A DNA stretch of 64,000 nucleotides, from NCBI GenBank assembly GCA_029245725.1, contig JAQWOT010000358.1, positions 689 through 64,688 on the forward strand, given 5' to 3'. Below are positions 21,464 through 31,365 of the stretch, one piece after another; positions within the stretch are counted from its first letter, which is position 1; every line of letters starts with the position of its first letter. Under the pieces are notes generated by a model. The model was given only the letters and a program-made list of their open reading frames with translations, did no database searches and was not told the origin of the DNA. Origin of the DNA: SAR324 cluster bacterium (lineage in GTDB: Bacteria > SAR324 > NAC60-12). A program made the translations under genes and the position numbers.

Positions 21464-21709
21464 TTACGGTTCACCCAAATCATTGGCTTCAGAAATTTCT
21501 GAGGCCGACCAGGCTTCTTCTAGTAATTTGAGCTGCTTCTGTTTCGGGTCATAGAGATCACCGACCATCGATTCAATCAAAACACGATAGTAATGCCGAT
21601 CAACAAAAGTCCTTCCATGCTGGATCTCTTCAAAGCGATGACGCTGGTAGGCTTTAGAGTGTGGCAGTTCGAAATATTTGGATGAATCCGGATTCTTCGG
21701 CATCAGCAA
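21464..21709 (-). CDS. Hypothetical protein
   Basis: 81 aa ORF, co-oriented and tightly spaced between neighbours. Confidence 0.45.
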   Translation of the reverse strand: MLMPKNPDSSKYFELPHSKAYQRHRFEEIQHGRTFVDRHYYRVLIESMVGDLYDPKQKQLKLLEEAWSASEISEANDLGEP

Positions 21710-21727
21710 TTCAGGCTTTTGGTGTAG

Positions 21728-22165
21728 CTAGCAGTCATCGTTTCTGATAGATCCATCCGACATGGATGTGTTACAAAATTTGACCTGTTCCAGATCGGCA
21801 TATTCCAAAACAGCCCTATCTAGCTTTGCCCCTCGCAGGTCGGCTCTGATGAGGATAGCTCCCCAAAGATCAGCTCCACTCAAGTCAGCATCCCTCAAAT
21901 TAGTTTGACTCAGATCGGCTTCAATCAAGTTCACTCCCACAAGCTCAGCCTCGCTCAGGTCAGCTCTGCTTAGCTTGACCCCAAACAGATCAGCTTCTCT
22001 CAAACTGGCTTTGCTTAGATTCCTATCTGTTAGGTCCGCGAGAGCAAGATCACAATTGATACACTGATTGGTTCTCAAAAACTTGTCCAAGTCTTCTTCT
22101 TCATATCCAAAAACTTGCGAACCCAGTATTGCCAAGAACAGCGCGAGCAAGATTCGTTTGTTCAT
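21728..22165 (-). CDS. Secreted pentapeptide-repeat protein
   Basis: Signal peptide (MNKRILL...), CINCDL, A(D/E)L repeats, FCNTSMSDG..DDC end. Confidence 0.9.
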   Translation of the reverse strand: MNKRILLALFLAILGSQVFGYEEEDLDKFLRTNQCINCDLALADLTDRNLSKASLREADLFGVKLSRADLSEAELVGVNLIEADLSQTNLRDADLSGADLWGAILIRADLRGAKLDRAVLEYADLEQVKFCNTSMSDGSIRNDDC

Positions 22166-22180
22166 AGTTTCACGTGCCAA

Positions 22181-22566
22181 TTACTCGTAGTCTTCCCAGT
22201 TCCATTCTTGTCCTTCGCTATGATCATAATCCAACTGTTCACGCATCGTTTGTTGGCTGATAACTTTCCCAAACTTATAGTTCACACCAGACAACATTGA
22301 AATAATACATACTTGTTGACTCTTGAAAACCGCTGAATGCAGAGGAACTCATGATTTTCATAGAGAACCTGATAGGGGCCCATGATTACCTTGCCTTTGC
22401 GTTTTAACAGAACTCGTTTGCTCATGTTTTTATCTAACTTCACACCATGATTTACTGATTCATAATCAGGGTGCACAAGTTCATCATACAAAGAAAAATC
22501 ATCTTTCTGAATTGCCTGTCGCCATGCCCTATCGAATGCTTCTCCTTTCGTCGTCTGTACTTCCAA
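22181..22566 (-). pseudogene. 'WNWEDY'-terminal protein family (copy C; one frameshift)
   Basis: DELVHPDY..GPYQVLYENHEFLCI, then shifted frame ..LDYDHSEGQEWNWEDYE* ending at 22181. Confidence 0.75.
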
Positions 22567-23135
22567 TCAAGGTTTTTGGGTTAATTCGTAGGAAAAACAA
22601 CCAACTCCCTGCTTACCCACCAGTTTCTTTTCCATTTCTCCCCCAGTCATCCTCCGAGTTCTTTGAAATGCTTGATAGGTTTATGGGCACATTCACTTTG
22701 TGCCAAATAACCAATTCTAAAGAGGCATCATGCAGTATGGACAAACTGATAAAACCAATCGAAACATTGCAATTTGGACCGCCTACATCTGCGGAGTCTT
22801 CATTTCTCTGGCAGTATTGGAAAGCCTACTCCAAGTACCTGCTGTTCAATAAAGAATCTTTAATTTTCTGAAACCAACTGAGGTCGAGCCACGTTCTGAG
22901 CACGACCTGCAGCGTGCAGGTAAATGGAGAACAACCGTGCCAGCGGGTTTTGCTTTCATGCCCGAATCTCTGTGGCCAATCAATAATGCTCCTTCCCTTG
23001 CTACGATACCCTGGTTGGGTTCAGACAACCTCTCCACTTACAGCCCCAGAAGCACCTCCCATTGAGGCTGTTCATCCTCCCTTTTCCTAGAACATCGTAA
23101 GACTGCCGAATCAGCTCAATACTCTCTGCAGTCTC

Positions 23136-25148
23136 CTAGCGCTCACTACGCTCAAGGTTCAACCAGGCAGTCTCTGAGGTACTCAGGGGTACTGTCATCG
23201 CCGGTAAGGTCGTGGCAATCTCACTGGGACTGCGAGGTCCAATGAGCGCCAGCGATGGGAACTGCTGACCCAACACCCAGGCAGTCGCAATGTTTTGGGC
23301 CTTTACTCCACGCTCTGCTGCGAGTTGAGTTGCGCGCCTGCGACGCTCTGCGTTGGCTTCAGAAGAGAAACAGGCATCCCCAGTCGTATCCGGTGACAGG
23401 GCGGTGCCTTGACCCGGTTGCAGAAAATAACCTCTCGCCTGCGAGGACCAGGACAGGTGTGTCGTGCCAGTCTCCCTCAAAAAGCCCAGCATCTCTGGCG
23501 TGTTGGAGGTAATGCAACCATCCCAGACTGGCTTTTCCATCACTGCAAGCGACAGGTTATTGTTTAGGATTTTCAGAGGTTGCAGCCCCTTTGAAGCGGC
23601 ATAGGCGTTGGCTTCTTTGAAGCGGGCCACTGACCAGTTTGAACCACCAAAGGTCTCAATCAGCCCCTTGGCGTGGAGAGCATTCAAAGCATCTACGAAC
23701 TCATCCACAGGCACATCAGGATTGTCGCGATGCATGATATAAATAGGGGCTCGTTCGATCTGTAAGCGTTCTAGGGAAATGGCTAACTGGGTTGCAATCA
23801 CATCTGGAAGGCAGTACGGACTGTGCACACCCTTGACGACAACACGTGCTTCCTTTGTGATTCCACGGGCCGCCATCCATTGCCCCAGCACCGTTTCATG
23901 GACACCACCTCCATAGATGAAACCGGAATCAAAGCCATTTCCACCAGCCTCCCACCACGCGTCCCAGACGATCGCACCTTCATCAAGGGTGTCTCGGTTG
24001 TCACAGCCCATGATCAAGGCGCTGATTTCTCCAGTCATGCCAGGAATTCCAACGCGTGGAATCGCAGGAAGATTCGATGGCAGAGTACCGTTCAGGCTTC
24101 GAATGTGAGATGGATTCTCTCCATGGAGTTTGTAACCGGTGGCTTCCCGCCATGTTGCAATGACACGAGCATTACCCACACTGTCCGATAGATTTGGTGC
24201 TGGGCTTGGGGCTTCCGTTAGTCCATCAAGGATGGCACAGCTGGCTAGTTCCGCTTCATGAGCAAAAAGAATCCGAGGATCCTTAAGCTGCTCCACGCGC
24301 TTCTCACCAGCTACTTCAATCTCAATGATCGCATCTGAAGGACCGGCATCACGTCCAGGTATCCAGGGATTCGGCAGGTGGATACGTCCCTTGCTACCGA
24401 TTACAGTTGCCGAATTGTCCATGGCTCTTCGGATTGATGTAGCACAACTGGCAGTGATGTCTTGATCAAACTTGAGGAGCGCGTGGGCCGTTTCGTCAAC
24501 ACCCAGCTGACCAAGGGAACCGATCCCCTGGATCTCAATTGGCTCAGCAAATGACACCCCTTGGGCTGCTCCAGCGACCAGCCGAGCGAAGGAAACTGGA
24601 TAGACACCCACATCAAGAATCGCTCCTCCAGCCAGCTCAGGATTATCCAGACGTGATGCAGGATTGTAGGTCGAAGCAAAACCAAAACTCGCCTCAATGT
24701 GTTGAACTTTCCCAATCTCACCACTTCCAATCAATTCTACTAAGCGCTCAATCTGGGGATGGCAGCGGTACATGAAGCCTTCCATGAAGAAGCGTCCGGT
24801 TCCCTTGGCAACATCAGTCATGGCGACGACCTCTCCGGGGATCAGGCCAGCTGGCTTTTCAACGACTACATGCTTGCCAGCTCGCAGAGCTCGAATCACC
24901 AACTCTGCATGAAACGGATGCGGTGTAGCAATGTAGACCGCCTCAACCTGGGGCGCGACCAAGAGGTCATCGTAGCTGTTAAACCAACCTTCAGATGGTA
25001 CCGAAAAGCCCTCTCCAAAGGCCTTGCAGCGTTCCGCATCACGACTAGCTATGGCGCAAAGCGTTCCATGATCACACTCCGCTAAGCCTTGTGCAAAATT
25101 AGCTGCGATTGAACCGGGACCAATGATGCCCCACTGAACCGTCTTCAT
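23136..25148 (-). CDS. Gfo/Idh/MocA oxidoreductase fused to an aldo-keto reductase domain
   Basis: N-half WGIIGPG, VEKP, GGAILDVGVY; C-half FDSGFIYG, HRDNP, GGSNWS, WSSQARG. Confidence 0.9.
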   Translation of the reverse strand: MKTVQWGIIGPGSIAANFAQGLAECDHGTLCAIASRDAERCKAFGEGFSVPSEGWFNSYDDLLVAPQVEAVYIATPHPFHAELVIRALRAGKHVVVEKPAGLIPGEVVAMTDVAKGTGRFFMEGFMYRCHPQIERLVELIGSGEIGKVQHIEASFGFASTYNPASRLDNPELAGGAILDVGVYPVSFARLVAGAAQGVSFAEPIEIQGIGSLGQLGVDETAHALLKFDQDITASCATSIRRAMDNSATVIGSKGRIHLPNPWIPGRDAGPSDAIIEIEVAGEKRVEQLKDPRILFAHEAELASCAILDGLTEAPSPAPNLSDSVGNARVIATWREATGYKLHGENPSHIRSLNGTLPSNLPAIPRVGIPGMTGEISALIMGCDNRDTLDEGAIVWDAWWEAGGNGFDSGFIYGGGVHETVLGQWMAARGITKEARVVVKGVHSPYCLPDVIATQLAISLERLQIERAPIYIMHRDNPDVPVDEFVDALNALHAKGLIETFGGSNWSVARFKEANAYAASKGLQPLKILNNNLSLAVMEKPVWDGCITSNTPEMLGFLRETGTTHLSWSSQARGYFLQPGQGTALSPDTTGDACFSSEANAERRRRATQLAAERGVKAQNIATAWVLGQQFPSLALIGPRSPSEIATTLPAMTVPLSTSETAWLNLERSER

Positions 25149-25490
25149 GTGCTGTCCTTAGTTTATTTGTGGTAGTTCCAGAGTACGAATCTAATCTGTC
25201 GATAACCTAGCACTCTCTAGCCTTGGTTACAGTTTCCAATTGAGACGTTCAATTCAGGAATTCTCTAAACATAGGATAGTTTTTCATAAATTCAACAAAT
25301 CCTTTTTCCGTTCAGACACTTTCTTTACTAGGACATCTCGCATCAACCTAATCCCTTTTTGAGCAGCTTATCAAAGCTAGCCCACCTGAAAAGACCATTT
25401 GCCTCTTGACTATCATCTGGTTGATATTAAATTTCTATATTCTAGCTACCGTAAGTTGGCATCTCAGTTACACATGTCAGATGGAACAGA

Positions 25491-25718
25491 ATGAAAATCA
25501 TTGCCAGTATCAAACTGACGAAGGGCTATGAGCACTGGAAAAGTGTAATTGAAAGTGAGCATCACAAGAAAGCCAGAGAAGAATCTGGAATCTTTTTTCT
25601 AGAATATGGCTATCAGGTAAAGAGTAGGTGAGTCTTCATTGTTAAAGAAATGGAGTCTGCAGAATCAGGCAAACAATTTTTGGCAAAGAATCCTAATTAC
25701 GTCGATGAAGTTGGGTAG
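25491..25718 (+). pseudogene. Small DUF3764-like protein with internal stop
   Basis: MKIIASIKLTKGYEHWKSV..; in-frame TGA at 25629-25631; resembles 25870-26139 in size and pattern. Confidence 0.45.
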
Positions 25719-25869
25719 ATCCATCATCACTCCAAGTCATTGTTTTAGAGGATTGAGTAGCTCTGGTCTCCTGAAATCAGACTACTCAAGCTGAGCCAGC
25801 TTTATTTGGTTCTAATCAATTAAACAACCGATAGGTTGAAAAAATAATTATTAATGCAGAGGACTGGAA

Positions 25870-26139
25870 ATGCTAAATACGATGATTGTGCTGACAATGA
25901 AGAACTGTACTTATGATGATTGGAAGAAGGCCTTCGACGCTGACGCCGAAATGCAGTCTGACTTTATGAGGGAAACCATTGTCGGCAAAGTGGATGACCA
26001 AACAGCGGTGGTCAGTGCCGATGTGTTTGCACCCGAGAAAATGCAGCAGTTGATGTCAACACCTGAATTCAAGCAGATGGAGGAAGAAATGGGTCTAGAA
26101 CACAGCGTCTATTTTCTTCAACCAGCCCCAACTGCGTAA
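25870..26139 (+). CDS. DUF3764-like small protein
   Basis: 89 aa, YDDWKKAFD..GKVDD pattern, GAGG/GGA Shine-Dalgarno upstream. Confidence 0.65.
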   Translation: MLNTMIVLTMKNCTYDDWKKAFDADAEMQSDFMRETIVGKVDDQTAVVSADVFAPEKMQQLMSTPEFKQMEEEMGLEHSVYFLQPAPTA

Positions 26140-26217
26140 GCGACCTACTTACAATTAGGGTCTGGTCAATTGGATCCCAATCACTCGCCTGAATCTAACA
26201 AACAATTTTTTGTTGAT

Positions 26218-26469
26218 TCATTCGCTTTCCTCTTCTGAAGCAGAATTTCGTTTCTCCAGATTCAGCTTCTGATGCTTGGTCGTTCTTCCGGAGACCCTCT
26301 TCCTCCAAAGTTTGAAGGAAGAGGGCCTCAACGATCTCCGCATCACCTTGATGACCTCAGCCTCGGAGAGACCAGTCTCTTTCTTGATTTCTTCAAAAGT
26401 GATCCGATCCTGCCATGCAAGGTAGATAATTCGATCTGTTTGTTTTAGTGATAGTTGAGGTGTCCGCAT
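26218..26469 (-). CDS. TIGR03643 (DUF2805) family protein
   Basis: RIIYLAWQDRITFEEI..GLSEAEVIKVMR..SFKLWRKRVSGRTTKH. Confidence 0.85.
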   Translation of the reverse strand: MRTPQLSLKQTDRIIYLAWQDRITFEEIKKETGLSEAEVIKVMRRSLRPSSFKLWRKRVSGRTTKHQKLNLEKRNSASEEESE

Positions 26470-26584
26470 TTCGCTATATCGGTACTTTGGTGAGGTTTTG
26501 AATTGAAGAGTCAGCAAAATCACCCCACGATATTACTGTTCATACAGCAAATCGATCCTCAAATTGACCTTAGCACTCTGATCC

Positions 26585-26812
26585 ATGTACCTAGAGCTAT
26601 TAACTCGATTGAAATGGTTTTGCAATCCAGAGGAAATACGTCAAGGTGAATATGATCCTTTTGGACCCAAGGAACCTACGCCCGGTCCACGAAAGCGCAG
26701 ACCTCCACGTTTTGAGTTTCTGGGAGCGATCGGATTACTGCTTGGCATCTTTGGTGTCCTTGGCTTTCTGATCTTTCAAGCAGTGTTGTTCATAAATTAT
26801 ATAGCTGGTTAA
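26585..26812 (+). CDS. Small membrane protein (repeat copy 1)
   Basis: DPFGPKEP..RFEFLG followed by one TM segment; duplicated at 29581-29814. Confidence 0.55.
   Translation: MYLELLTRLKWFCNPEEIRQGEYDPFGPKEPTPGPRKRRPPRFEFLGAIGLLLGIFGVLGFLIFQAVLFINYIAG
26637..26812 (+). repeat. 176-bp direct repeat, left copy (partner 29639-29814)
   Basis: Ungapped match at offset 3002; about 7 mismatches in the first ~120 nt by manual count, then a diverged 3' end. Confidence 0.9.
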
Positions 26813-27055
26813 TCCATAAAGTTCTAAATCTATTCCTCCAACGACTTCTTTCCAAAAGCTGTTCGGCCAAAAGAGAAGATAGTCATTCAACCAAAAGATC
26901 AGAAAATTTCTAGAACTCCCAAAGATTGCTTTGCTTTTTCCTACCTTCTGATTGATCTTTAGAATAAATGAGTGAGACGTGTTGTCCTAATCAGTGAATA
27001 GCACGTTGGTGTCTCCCTCTTCCCAAGTAATTATCACTTTTTCAAGGAGATTCAG

Positions 27056-27436
27056 ATGGATATCAATAAAGATTGTCACGCTTTTCATTTAGTTTTCAGA
27101 GCACCTGATGAAGAGGCCTCAAGGCTTGATGTGTTTTTTGAAGCTCATGAGAGGTTTATGCGAGAGACCCATTTCACTGAAGGTGATACAGAACCACGTG
27201 TCTTGGTTTATAACATCACAAAATGCCCTGAGCTGAAAAATCCGTTGAACCCAGATGAGGGCACCACAGGACATACCCTATTTGGACTACATGAAGTTTA
27301 TCGGGGCCCTGAGGGTTGTGCAGCACACATGGCAGCTGGCCAAGCTCGAGAAGCTCTTTTTGCAGAATTCATCGACTTGGTACAAACCTATATGGTCAGC
27401 GGTTTATTGGCAGCGCCTGTGATTCGTACAATGTAA
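27056..27436 (+). CDS. Small uncharacterised protein (paralog of 28566 and 29078)
   Basis: GGAG RBS; shares FFExH, TGxTxFxLxExY and GxxxH pattern with the downstream pair. Confidence 0.75.
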   Translation: MDINKDCHAFHLVFRAPDEEASRLDVFFEAHERFMRETHFTEGDTEPRVLVYNITKCPELKNPLNPDEGTTGHTLFGLHEVYRGPEGCAAHMAAGQAREALFAEFIDLVQTYMVSGLLAAPVIRTM

Positions 27437-27540
27437 AACCTCCTCGGGATGCAGGCCTTTACTTTCAGAATGTATCCCCAACATCACTCACATATTGATT
27501 TGTCTTCTCAATAGCGCCTCAACAACAGAAGGAAAAACTT

Positions 27541-27870
27541 ATGTCTCTCTATTTTTTCAGTGCAAAGTATAGCAATGCCGCTTTCAAAGGTATGGTTGAC
27601 ACTCCTCAAGATCGGGAAGCTGCCGCTAACAAGCTCTTCAATGCCATGGGTGTGAAGATGCACAATATTTACTTCAGTATCAGCAGCGCAGAAATTGTTG
27701 GAATTTTGGAGGGCAATGCAGAAAACATGGCGGCTCTAGAGATGGTAACAATGTCAACGGGAACCTTTACTTCCATAGATGCCAAGGAGGTTATTGACTC
27801 CAAGTCGATGACAGCTGCAATGGAGACTGCCAACAAAGTGGTTTCCGCCTATCAAGCACCAAATCAATGA
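27541..27870 (+). CDS. GYD-domain protein
   Basis: YS..AFKGMV..PQDREAAA..L..AMG..YFS pattern. Confidence 0.8.
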   Translation: MSLYFFSAKYSNAAFKGMVDTPQDREAAANKLFNAMGVKMHNIYFSISSAEIVGILEGNAENMAALEMVTMSTGTFTSIDAKEVIDSKSMTAAMETANKVVSAYQAPNQ

Positions 27871-27909
27871 AACGAAGCAAACACTTGTTTTCAAATCAGG
27901 AGCAGAAAG

Positions 27910-28281
27910 ATGACGGCTGAAGAAATCGTCTTGGGAGGTTATGCCTCCTATGTCCAAGGAGATATGAAAGCTTTAGGAAGTATTTATCATCCGGAGTGTA
28001 AGATCACCGTTAATGGCAATCATGCTCTGTCTGGGGTCTACATCGGTTTTGATGCTTTTCACGAAGGCATTTTATCGAAACTCAATACTGCTTGGCCTGG
28101 CTTCAATCTAGAAATTCAAAAAGTCGTCTCCAACGAGTCAGATGTCGTTGTTTTCTTGAAGTTGACAGCCACTAATCTGGAATCTCGATCTATTCATCAT
28201 TTCGTTGTCAAAGATGGATTGCAGGTGGAGTTCAACATACATGACGACAGCCAGTTAGCAGCCGCTGCCATTCAAATCTAA
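27910..28281 (+). CDS. SnoaL-like/NTF2 family protein
   Basis: Y..Y..GD..L..YHP, GNHALSGVYIG pattern. Confidence 0.75.
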   Translation: MTAEEIVLGGYASYVQGDMKALGSIYHPECKITVNGNHALSGVYIGFDAFHEGILSKLNTAWPGFNLEIQKVVSNESDVVVFLKLTATNLESRSIHHFVVKDGLQVEFNIHDDSQLAAAAIQI

Positions 28282-28565
28282 AGGAGGCTTTTTTTTGCAC
28301 ATGGGGGAACTCAGCAAAGCTTAATCCCCCTTTAACTTAAATTGAGTTCCCATCACAATCTTTGTGTTCGCTAGTTTACCATGAAAATGTTCCTGAAGGA
28401 ATCTTAGCATTAGCAACAGAGATTCCACTAATTCCACAACTTACTTCTTGCATTTTTCCAACCTGTTGAATGATACTCTGCCAACTTTTTTTGCACCTCT
28501 TGGTTAGCAAAAGAATTTGAGTAATCACAATGATCTGTAATTTCTAAAATTGCATGGAGCTGCAT

Positions 28566-28961
28566 ATGTCAAATGCATGGGTAGGAAAATCTTCCGTCAC
28601 CTTTGTTTTTTGGGTGCCAACTCAAGAGGGTGTGGAAGCTGTGAGACTTTTTTTCGAAGGGCATGCAAACTTTATGGGGATTAAGAGCCATCAACATGGG
28701 CCCTTAAAACTTATTCACTACTACATCTCTGAAGGTCCAGAGTGGGTTCGTGATGATGAGTTTTTTGAGGGCAAATGGCCTGAAAAAACCGGAAGAACCA
28801 TATTCACTCTAAATGAAATTTACGAAACTGAGGATGGCCTGCACCACCATTATATTGAATCATCTGAATTTATACCTGAATTTGACGAATTGATTACAAC
28901 TTATAAAATAGAGCTTTTAACTTTCAACCAGTTGAAAGTTATTCATAGTCTTTGGGACTGA
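28566..28961 (+). CDS. Small uncharacterised protein (tandem paralog 1)
   Basis: GGAG RBS 5 nt before ATG; EDGLHHH and KVIHSLWD shared with the next gene. Confidence 0.75.
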   Translation: MSNAWVGKSSVTFVFWVPTQEGVEAVRLFFEGHANFMGIKSHQHGPLKLIHYYISEGPEWVRDDEFFEGKWPEKTGRTIFTLNEIYETEDGLHHHYIESSEFIPEFDELITTYKIELLTFNQLKVIHSLWD

Positions 28962-29077
28962 CGAGAATCAAATTGATTGCATCCCTGATGTGGGTAACAT
29001 CAAAGGTTTTTTGATTACTGCGACTAGACTAATCAGTCACTGTATTTCTAAAGCAACAAGATTTGGAGAAAACACAA

Positions 29078-29473
29078 ATGGCAAACGCTCTAGACGGAAC
29101 ATCCACGGTATGCATTGTTTAGAAAGTGCCTACAGCAGAGGGTGTACAAGCCTTAAGAGATTTTTTTGAATTTCATTACACCTACATGCGTGAAAAAAGT
29201 TATCAACAAGGCCCTCTAGAACTGATTCAGTACACAATCTCAGAAAGTCCAGAATATGAACTTTCAGGCGCTTGGCACGAAGGAAAATTTCCCGAAACTA
29301 CAGGCAGTACTATTTTTACTCTTTTTGAGATTTACAGGACTGAAGATGGCTTACACCATCATTTCATTGATGGTAAGGATTTTGGGCCCGAACTATTTGA
29401 AATAGCTACTACACATAACATCGAGTTTCATTTGATGAATCAAATGAAAGTCATTCAGAGTCTCTGGGACTAG
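29078..29473 (+). pseudogene. Tandem paralog 2 with a single in-frame TAG
   Basis: ATG at 29078 with GGAG RBS; TAG at 29120-29122; the rest aligns to 28566-28961 through KVIQSLWD. Confidence 0.75.
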
Positions 29474-29638
29474 TTGCTACCAGAAAACTCATACTCAGAA
29501 AAGCAACCAAGTTGTTTAGTTACAGTTCCTTCCTATGATTTCCACTAATTGAGATCCAGTGAATTGAGTTTGTCTGAGTTTTGCCTGTTTCCCTGGCCTC
29601 CCTTCATCCTGTGATAGGGCCTCACATTCTGGTAGAGG

Positions 29639-29814
29639 TACGTCAAGGTGAGTTTGATCCTTTTGGACCCAAGGAACCTACGCCCAGTCGACGCAAGCGC
29701 AGATCTCCACGTTTTGAGTTTCTGGGAGCGATCGGATTGCTGCTTGGCATCTTTGGTGTCCTCGGTTTTATGATCTTCAAATTCGCTATCTTCATCTACT
29801 ACGTGACCGGCTGA
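29639..29814 (+). repeat. 176-bp direct repeat, right copy (within ORF 29581-29814)
   Basis: Matches 26637-26812; same reading frame and length, different N-terminus. Confidence 0.9.
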
Positions 29815-30438
29815 GCAATCGTGTAGTATCAGTTCCTGATAGCTTGGTTGTTTCAGCAGCCATTCCTTCCCTGACAATTTCGTACCACACACCCTCCAAG
29901 CCAATCCTTCTTCCTTGAAGTGAGAGCTTTCTTCGGACCGCTTGCTGGAGTTGGTTGGGTTGACTCAACGACCTTCTTATGTTGGGCGTCTTAATAGAAC
30001 CAACTGAGGAAACATACCCGATCATGACAGAGTTGAGAAAAGCTCGGCGGGGCAGGCTTCTTCAAACAGTTTTTTACCTAGGTTATACATTCAAAATCAT
30101 ATGCAGGAGGCATAAAAGGAGCAGGAGCACCTATGTTATCTGGATATTTCTACTCGTAGCAGCCGCCACCATCCTCATCTTATTTCGCCAGCGAAGAAAA
30201 GACAGCGAAGCCCTCGACATTCCCTCCGCAATGGTCATGCTCTTTTACCCCACTAAAGGGGAAGGTGATCTGACAATTTGGCAGAATCATCATTTTATAC
30301 TCGATGTCACGAATCATCTCCGAACTCATCGAAATCGTTCGAGGCGTCTTCTGATTATCACTCCAGCCCTGTGATGAGAACAACTGGTTCAGGAAAGCGT
30401 TTAAAATCCGCTGCGAGCTGATTACTAAGGAGGGTTTC

Positions 30439-31212
30439 CTAACATGCAAAGAACTCTTTCTTCGCCAAATTGGCTCTGACAGAAGCCAACGCTGTGACGA
30501 CTTTCCGCAAGCCTACAGGGTCAACCGAATAATCTTCATTCAAATAAAGCTTACGGTTGATCTCAATCATCAGTGATTGGACTCGTTGATCCTTTCGATA
30601 GTGCTTTAGTGGGACGATTGTTCCACTGAATGGCTCATTGCGCGCTGTAGAATAGCCCAGGCGCTGCAGCTCTGCTTCGACCGCTTCCAACAACTCTGGT
30701 GAAGTATGGAAGTCATCGGTTCCTAAACAAAAGTTGGGTCGAGTTGCCTTGGGGTTCATCTTGTAGGGTAGAGCCTTCGAGGGGAAACTGTGTTCATCGA
30801 TGATCAGGCAGCGATTCTGTTCCTCCATAACTCGATCCACCGTTTCGGTCAATTTTTTGTGATGAGGGTGATAGTACTGATTCAGCAGCTGTTGACGTAC
30901 TGTAGGACTGGGCTTCTCACGAATGAGTTGACGTAAGGTCCCTTGGGTGTAGAGAACCCCCATCCCAACCCGGTTCATTGGCTCTTCTAAATCATCACAG
31001 AATCGCTCCGGATCGACGACAAGCCGACTGACAGGAAAAACCACAGCTGGTGCTTCTGGAAATGCCTGTTGAAAAATCAGGTCTGTCGCATGATCCATGA
31101 TTTGATCTAACTCAGCCTGAAGTTCTTGATCCAAAAGCAGGAACGTGCCTCACATATCCGCAGGAATTTCGGTGGCAGTGTGTGGGATGTGTAGAACAAT
31201 CGAGGATATCAT
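30439..31212 (-). pseudogene. N-formylglutamate amidohydrolase family gene with one in-frame TGA
   Basis: MISSIVLHIPHTATEIPADM*GTFLL.. is in frame with the 231-aa ORF (SRLVVDPERF, NEPFSG, SLMIEINR); TGA at 31150-31152. Confidence 0.85.
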
Positions 31213-31365
31213 TCATCAACATGAGAAGGTGTAGCCTGTTATGCTGGAAATAGCCTTTCAAAAGCTAGCTAGAGAATGACTTGGAAAGACTTTGACAAGA
31301 GGGTTCGGGTTTTGAAAAAATTCATTAACTTTCAATGCATCTAAGTTTTATCTGAAACTGAATAC

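Noticed and set aside
22600-23050. Possible IS4-family transposase remnant on the minus strand
   Set aside because: Only faint fragments (KPIKHFK, LGGxLGR) among several stops; no DDE motif or inverted repeats recognisable.
25491-30400. Integron cassette array
   Set aside because: No recurring attC-like element in the intergenic regions I compared, genes have their own RBS/upstream regions, and no IntI is present.
29820-30400. ORFs 29979-30374, 30180-30449 and 29792-30025
   Set aside because: Overlapping on both strands with no motifs; at most a frameshifted small membrane gene from about 30132, which I cannot support.
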